DNA of 64,000 nt, taken from assembly GCA_050013255.1 (NCBI GenBank), contig JBEKFP010000001.1, positions 704,001 through 768,000 on the forward strand, in the 5' to 3' direction. This document shows positions 59,038 through 64,000 of this stretch, piece by piece. Within the stretch, counting starts at the first letter, position 1. Each line of letters starts with the position of its first letter. A model generated the notes under the pieces. That model was not told where the DNA came from. It saw only the letters and a program-made list of their open reading frames with translations, and did not search any database. This DNA is from Candidatus Bathyarchaeia archaeon (GTDB lineage Archaea > Thermoproteota > Bathyarchaeia > 40CM-2-53-6). The translations under genes were made by a program, and so were the position numbers.

Positions 59038-59310
59038 ATGCGCAAGCGTAAGGATGACGAGTTTTATCTTTACTTCATAGTCCGGTCAATGTTGATGGGT
59101 TTACTGGGCGCGTCAATATTCTCAGTGATTATATCGCTGCTGAACACTTCCCAGTTGCCCTATGTACTTTCCATATCGGCCGGGAGCTTCTTCATTGTAA
59201 TGTTCATCACCCGAGTGTTCGATAAGCAGATTAGAAGTTTGGTTGAAAAAATACTGGAGGAATTAGAGAAGTGGCCTGGAGCCAAGAACTTCCTTTTGAA
59301 ACACTTCTAA
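59038..59310 (+). CDS. Small membrane protein
   Basis: ATG start; two TM helices; charged tail. Confidence 0.65.
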   Translation: MRKRKDDEFYLYFIVRSMLMGLLGASIFSVIISLLNTSQLPYVLSISAGSFFIVMFITRVFDKQIRSLVEKILEELEKWPGAKNFLLKHF

Positions 59311-59357
59311 CGCTCTTCATTCCGTAGAGTCTCGCGTAGTGGTTGCTTCGGGACGAA

Positions 59358-59380
59358 GGGAAAAAGAAAGAAGCGGGGAG
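59358..59380 (-). terminator. Oligo-T terminator candidate
   Basis: CTTCTTTCTTTTTCCC on the minus strand just downstream of the APC gene. Confidence 0.4.
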
Positions 59381-59416
59381 GTTTAGCCGGCGTTGTTTTG
59401 CTTAGTCGAGTTGGGG

Positions 59417-61021
59417 TTATACTGGTGGGATTTCGTGGAATGCTAGTTCAATGTCGAGGCCGTGTTTCTTGTGGTAGTAGACGCTCGCGTAGTAGACTAT
59501 GAAGCAGCCGATGACGATTCCTAAGGCGATTCCTGCTCCCGTCAAAGTTGGAACAACGATCAATGGGTTGATCAAAGCCAAGTAACCTATGTAGAAGAAA
59601 GCGATGGTCGTCAGTAACCCTAGTATGCTAATGACGGGTACGCTGGCGATTTTCTTCCTCATCCACCCTGGAGCTGAATCTAACAGGTCCTTCTTTGTGT
59701 AGGGGAAGATTGTTGTCGCTATTCCTGGCACTACGAAGCAGAACGCCCAGAGGAATGTGCCTATAGTTTCCGCGGTAGGCCAGGAGGTGAACCAGTAGAG
59801 TGCGAAGATGAGTACTGACATCAGCGTTATGGTGATTATGGAAATGTGCGGTGTTCTGAACCGTTTGCTCACATCAGCCATCTTGGTTGGAATGATCCGG
59901 TCGAAGGACCATGCGAAGAAGTACCTACTTGGAATCCAGAAGTAGACGAACGGGGCTGTGAGGGAGCCCGCTAGCATTGTGAATAGCACTAGGAAGACTA
60001 GAAACTGGTTCGGGTAGGCGATAAGGGAGACCATCATGGGATAGGTCGGTGCGTATGGCAATACACTCGAGTAGGCGGCGGGGGCATTGGCCCAGAGGTA
60101 GCCCACCGAGTACATCCAGTTCTCACCGAGGTTATTCAACGTCAGCATCGCTGTAACGGACCAAATCACTATCCCTAGGATGAGCGAAAGTAGCAATGCA
60201 ATTGGAATCGCGCGCTTCACATTTTTCACCTCACCCGCTACTACGTTAGCGAAGTTCCCCCCGAGGAGGAACAGGGCAGCGAACGGAGCGCTAGCAATAG
60301 AGGCGGCCAAGGTGATGTTTGAAGGGGACCATCCCGATTGGGTTGCCAGTTTTGTCAATCCCCCATAAGTTGAGAACTGGCCTAGGACGCTGTCCCATTT
60401 AGCGGCGAAGGCTACTGGGTTCGTTGAACCTACGAAGCCCCACATCACAATAATTCCTATGACGGCTAGGGCCCATGCTACATAGAGGAAGCCTTTCACA
60501 GCTTTTGCCCCGACGATGGCAAGAATTGCGAAGCACACAGTGATTAGAACTGAAAGCCCGAACCCTCCCACCGGACTACTGAGATACGTACCTAAGGCAA
60601 TCAGGCCCTGCGAATTGTAGAGGAACCCCCAGATCGTCAACGCCGTTGATATCCCAGATGCGTAGGCGGCTGTCCCGCCGACGTACGCTGTGGCGAATAC
60701 TGAGAACATGTAGAGAAAGGACCAGGCGAACCCTATGGCCGGATGCATAATCCTTGCAACCCAGACGTAGTCGTTGCCGGACCTAGGCATTATGACGCCC
60801 ATAGCCCAGTAAATCAACATCAACAGAACGAATGGGATGCCGGTTAGGACTAGGGCCAATGGAAGGTTCGCGCCAGGGTTGAAGCCGTAATACCACGGGA
60901 ACTGAAGGATCGTGTAGGTGAGGGCGAAAACGGCGGCTGATGCGATTAATAGGGTGTCGAGTGTTCCGAATTCTCTGACTAAACCACTTGATGTTCTTGC
61001 GAAAAAGGTCTTTTGAGCCAT
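59417..61021 (-). CDS. APC-family amino acid permease
   Basis: F.R.SSGLVR, MPRSG.DYVW, AGEVK, SRYFFAWSFDR..P and F.EIPP motifs. Confidence 0.9.
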   Translation of the reverse strand: MAQKTFFARTSSGLVREFGTLDTLLIASAAVFALTYTILQFPWYYGFNPGANLPLALVLTGIPFVLLMLIYWAMGVIMPRSGNDYVWVARIMHPAIGFAWSFLYMFSVFATAYVGGTAAYASGISTALTIWGFLYNSQGLIALGTYLSSPVGGFGLSVLITVCFAILAIVGAKAVKGFLYVAWALAVIGIIVMWGFVGSTNPVAFAAKWDSVLGQFSTYGGLTKLATQSGWSPSNITLAASIASAPFAALFLLGGNFANVVAGEVKNVKRAIPIALLLSLILGIVIWSVTAMLTLNNLGENWMYSVGYLWANAPAAYSSVLPYAPTYPMMVSLIAYPNQFLVFLVLFTMLAGSLTAPFVYFWIPSRYFFAWSFDRIIPTKMADVSKRFRTPHISIITITLMSVLIFALYWFTSWPTAETIGTFLWAFCFVVPGIATTIFPYTKKDLLDSAPGWMRKKIASVPVISILGLLTTIAFFYIGYLALINPLIVVPTLTGAGIALGIVIGCFIVYYASVYYHKKHGLDIELAFHEIPPV

Positions 61022-61172
61022 TACATGATCACATCTTGTTTGCAGATTTTCAGTGAATCACGTGAATCGGTCAGGATATAAAATATTCCAAGCAAGAACC
61101 ATTCTTGGGAAAGGGTGCAATCGGTAGCAAAGAATAACTGGTACACGGCCAAACCGTTGCCAGTGCCTGGTC

Positions 61173-61952
61173 TTGGAAAAGCAAAACGGCCTCCCAGACT
61201 TCTTCAATGATGCCTTGGCGATAATTGAGGCTGCGGAACGAAAACAAATCGAGTTGAGGTTGATGGGTGCAACAGCGATTTACTATCGTTGCCCAAATTC
61301 AAGAAATTTGGCCGATGCACTGAGTAGGGTACTTACCGATTTGGATTTCATGACTTTGTCCAAGTATGTGAGGCATATTCCTGATTTGTTCGCAAGCCTC
61401 GGCTTCGAAGGGAATGAGAGGGTAAATGCCCTATACGGCCTGAGGCGGCAAATCTACGCTGATCCAAGAAATGGAAGACACATCGACGTGTTCGTCGACA
61501 AACTTACCTTCTGCCACGAAGTTGACCTAACCCGCAGATTGGAGATAGACCCTGTCACCCTCACGTTGGCCGATCTCTTCCTCGAGAAGATGCAGATCGT
61601 GAAGATTGGAGAGAAAGACGTGAAGGACACCACAATACTCCTTTGGGAACACGAACCGGGCGATCAAGACAAAGGAAGAATAAACGTAAACTATATCGCG
61701 AAACTGTTGGCGGATGATTGGGGATTCTACCATACTGTTACAACCAACCTAAAGAAAACGAGAGATTACGCGAACAGCCTCACACTCCTTAATCCAGAAG
61801 ACCGGAAAATGATAGAGAGCAGGATAGATGCGCTCTTGGACAAAATCGAGCGAGAAGGCAAGTCGATGAAGTGGAAGATGCGCGCGAAGGCTGGCACTAG
61901 AGTAAAATGGTATGACGACGCCGAGGATGTTGAAAATCGAATCGCGACTTAG
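61173..61952 (+). CDS. Conserved hypothetical protein, nucleotidyltransferase-like
   Basis: LRLMGA.AI..DLDF..IDVF..FCH..DL.L.K.QIV.I..KD..D pattern. Confidence 0.7.
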   Translation: MEKQNGLPDFFNDALAIIEAAERKQIELRLMGATAIYYRCPNSRNLADALSRVLTDLDFMTLSKYVRHIPDLFASLGFEGNERVNALYGLRRQIYADPRNGRHIDVFVDKLTFCHEVDLTRRLEIDPVTLTLADLFLEKMQIVKIGEKDVKDTTILLWEHEPGDQDKGRINVNYIAKLLADDWGFYHTVTTNLKKTRDYANSLTLLNPEDRKMIESRIDALLDKIEREGKSMKWKMRAKAGTRVKWYDDAEDVENRIAT

Positions 61953-61972
61953 CCACTTAGGATGATGCTTCG

Positions 61973-62923
61973 ATGACAACTAAGATTTTTTTTGCAACCG
62001 ACCTGCATGGGTCGGAGAAGTGCTTTCTGAAATTCGTTAACGCCGCCAAGTTCTACAAAGCCAATACGCTCATCATGGGCGGCGATATTACCGGCAAGAT
62101 GATTATACCAATCATTAAGGAACCCAACGGCAAATATCATTCGACATTCTTGGGAAACAAGCGTTCAGCGGGGAACGAAGAGGAGCTTCAGGATTTGCAG
62201 AGAGCCATACGGTTTGCCGGTTACTACCCATACATGACGAACCCACAGGAGATGGAGCAGCTTCAGACTGACGACTCGAGAGTGCAAGGCATTTTCAAAG
62301 AACTCATGCTGAACACGGTTAAGAGATGGGTTCAGCTCGCGGAGGAGCGATTGCAGGAGTCCGGCGTGAAGGTCTACATTACCGGCGGGAACGACGACAT
62401 AGCTGAAATCGAAGGCATAATCGGGAGTTCAAGTTACGTAATCGACCCCGAGGACAAAGTTGTAAATGTCGACGGTAAGTTTGAAATGGTTAGCACAGGC
62501 TGGAGTAACCCAACACCTTGGAAGACTGCGCGCGAATGCTCTGAAGAACAGCTTTGGGCTAAGATAGAAAAGATGGCGGGGCAGGTCAAGGATATGAAGA
62601 ATAGTATATTCAACCTGCATGTGCCGCCCATTGACTCTGGCCTCGACACCTGTCCCAAACTTGATGAAAACCTCAAGCCTGTAATCGCCGGAGGAGAAAT
62701 CGTAATGACCGGCGGTGGGAGCACTTCGGTTCGAAAGGCTATTGAAACCTACCAGCCGCTGTTAGGATTGCATGGCCACATCCATGAATCCAAGGGCTTC
62801 TTGAAGGTGGGCAGGACTCTTTGCCTTAACCCTGGAAGCGAGTATAGCGAGGGGATTCTGCGAGGCGCCCTAGTCGATTTGGATGATGGTGTCGTGAAGA
62901 ATTTCTTGCTCACACAAGGTTGA
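61973..62923 (+). CDS. Icc-related metallophosphoesterase
   Basis: DLHGS, GGDITGK, GNDD, HVPP, LHGHIHES and NPGSEY motifs. Confidence 0.9.
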   Translation: MTTKIFFATDLHGSEKCFLKFVNAAKFYKANTLIMGGDITGKMIIPIIKEPNGKYHSTFLGNKRSAGNEEELQDLQRAIRFAGYYPYMTNPQEMEQLQTDDSRVQGIFKELMLNTVKRWVQLAEERLQESGVKVYITGGNDDIAEIEGIIGSSSYVIDPEDKVVNVDGKFEMVSTGWSNPTPWKTARECSEEQLWAKIEKMAGQVKDMKNSIFNLHVPPIDSGLDTCPKLDENLKPVIAGGEIVMTGGGSTSVRKAIETYQPLLGLHGHIHESKGFLKVGRTLCLNPGSEYSEGILRGALVDLDDGVVKNFLLTQG

Positions 62924-62929
62924 CCAAAC

Positions 62930-63823
62930 ATGAGCCCATTAGCGCGAGATTTCATCGGTTACGGCGAGGCGGTACCGAAGGTTCGATGGCCCAAGGGAGC
63001 AAGGCTCGCGTTGACATTCGCAATCAACTATGAGGCGGGAGGCGAACACTCAGTCGTCTTCGGCGACCAGGGACCTGAAACCTTCGGAGAGTTTCCATCG
63101 TACGGAACCCCACCCAAGCGTGACTTGGCGATTGAATCCATCTTCGAATACGAGACACGAGTCGCAATATGGAGGGTTCTGAGAACCTTCAAGAAATACA
63201 ACGCAAAAGTGACTTTCTTCGCTACAGCAAAAACCTTGGAAACAAATCCGGGAGCAGGGAAGAAGATAGTCGAGAATGGGCATGAGATTTGCAGCCATGG
63301 TTACCGGTGGACCGAACACTTTACACTGACACGGGAAGAAGAGCGGGAGGCCATTCGCAAGGCCGTAGCCTTAATTGAGAAGGTGACTGGACATAGGCCT
63401 GTTGGCTGGTATTGTAGGGAACCCAGCGAGAACACAATCGAGCTTCTCGCCGAAGAAGGAGGATTCCTATATGATTCGGACGTCTACAACGACGACCTAC
63501 CCTATTACGTAAACGTTGGCGGCAAGAATTTCCTTCTGATCCCCTACACGCCGGACGTAAACGACTTTCACTACTTTTCCAACAGGTTCAGTAATTCTGA
63601 GGAGTTCTACCAATACCTGAAGGATTCATTCGATCAAATGTACGCTGAGGGGCGTGAGAGCCCGAAGATGATGAATGTAGGCCTGCACGTAAGAATATCC
63701 GGCCGGCCTGGGCGGACGGTTGCTGTGGACAGATTTCTCAAGTACGTGAAAGCGAAGCCTAAGGTTTGGATAGCCCGCAGGGATGACATTGCGAAATGGT
63801 GGCTAGCCAACTACCCTCCCTAG
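62930..63823 (+). CDS. Polysaccharide deacetylase family protein (PuuE allantoinase-like)
   Basis: RDFIGYG, WP.GARLA..INYE.GGE, HEI.SHGYRW, DDLPY and GLH.RISGRPGR motifs. Confidence 0.88.
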   Translation: MSPLARDFIGYGEAVPKVRWPKGARLALTFAINYEAGGEHSVVFGDQGPETFGEFPSYGTPPKRDLAIESIFEYETRVAIWRVLRTFKKYNAKVTFFATAKTLETNPGAGKKIVENGHEICSHGYRWTEHFTLTREEEREAIRKAVALIEKVTGHRPVGWYCREPSENTIELLAEEGGFLYDSDVYNDDLPYYVNVGGKNFLLIPYTPDVNDFHYFSNRFSNSEEFYQYLKDSFDQMYAEGRESPKMMNVGLHVRISGRPGRTVAVDRFLKYVKAKPKVWIARRDDIAKWWLANYPP

Positions 63824-64000
63824 CCCAAGTTATTCGGGCCGGAGAACCGCTCTCCTCGTTGTTTGCGGGGAGGGGCTTTCATGAGTCTTGCAGTAACTCT
63901 CGCAGCTTTTCGCTGTAGCCTCGTCGGCATACCCGAAACCGCAAGTTTCGCAGAGATACACGGTTTTTTGCAGATAACTGATTGTTAGAACCAACGAAGC

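Overview
Archaeal chromosomal window. A TACK lineage, plausibly Bathyarchaeia, is inferred from F420 genes, the archaeal mevalonate cluster, intron-containing tRNA and frequent TTG starts. In order: cofD-cofC-glyA, with glyA interrupted by a 34-nt bulge-helix-bulge (BHB) intron; two membrane-anchored pseudo-KaiC/RecA proteins; a defence-like island (about 10.5-18.8 kb); a cell-envelope locus (GT87, sugar epimerase and dehydrogenase, B12 radical SAM, GT4, and a PMT-type O-mannosyltransferase beside Thr-rich mucin-like and Cys-Ig surface proteins); then a housekeeping region (ubiX/AMPD/PMDh, acs, SAMP with a beta-propeller, gyaR/AGT, a two-intron tRNA-Ser(CGA), an ABC transporter, APC permease, metallophosphoesterase, PuuE-like deacetylase). 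The standout lies in the island: a 5,207-bp element (12105-17311) with 74-bp terminal inverted repeats starting GGGGATAT and a 14-bp target-site duplication at the 3' end of a decayed tRNA-like sequence. These are casposon hallmarks, yet the element encodes no casposase or PolB, only three HEPN-like genes, suggesting a non-autonomous mini-casposon that carries defence cargo. Protein family calls come from recognising motifs by eye, not from database searches.
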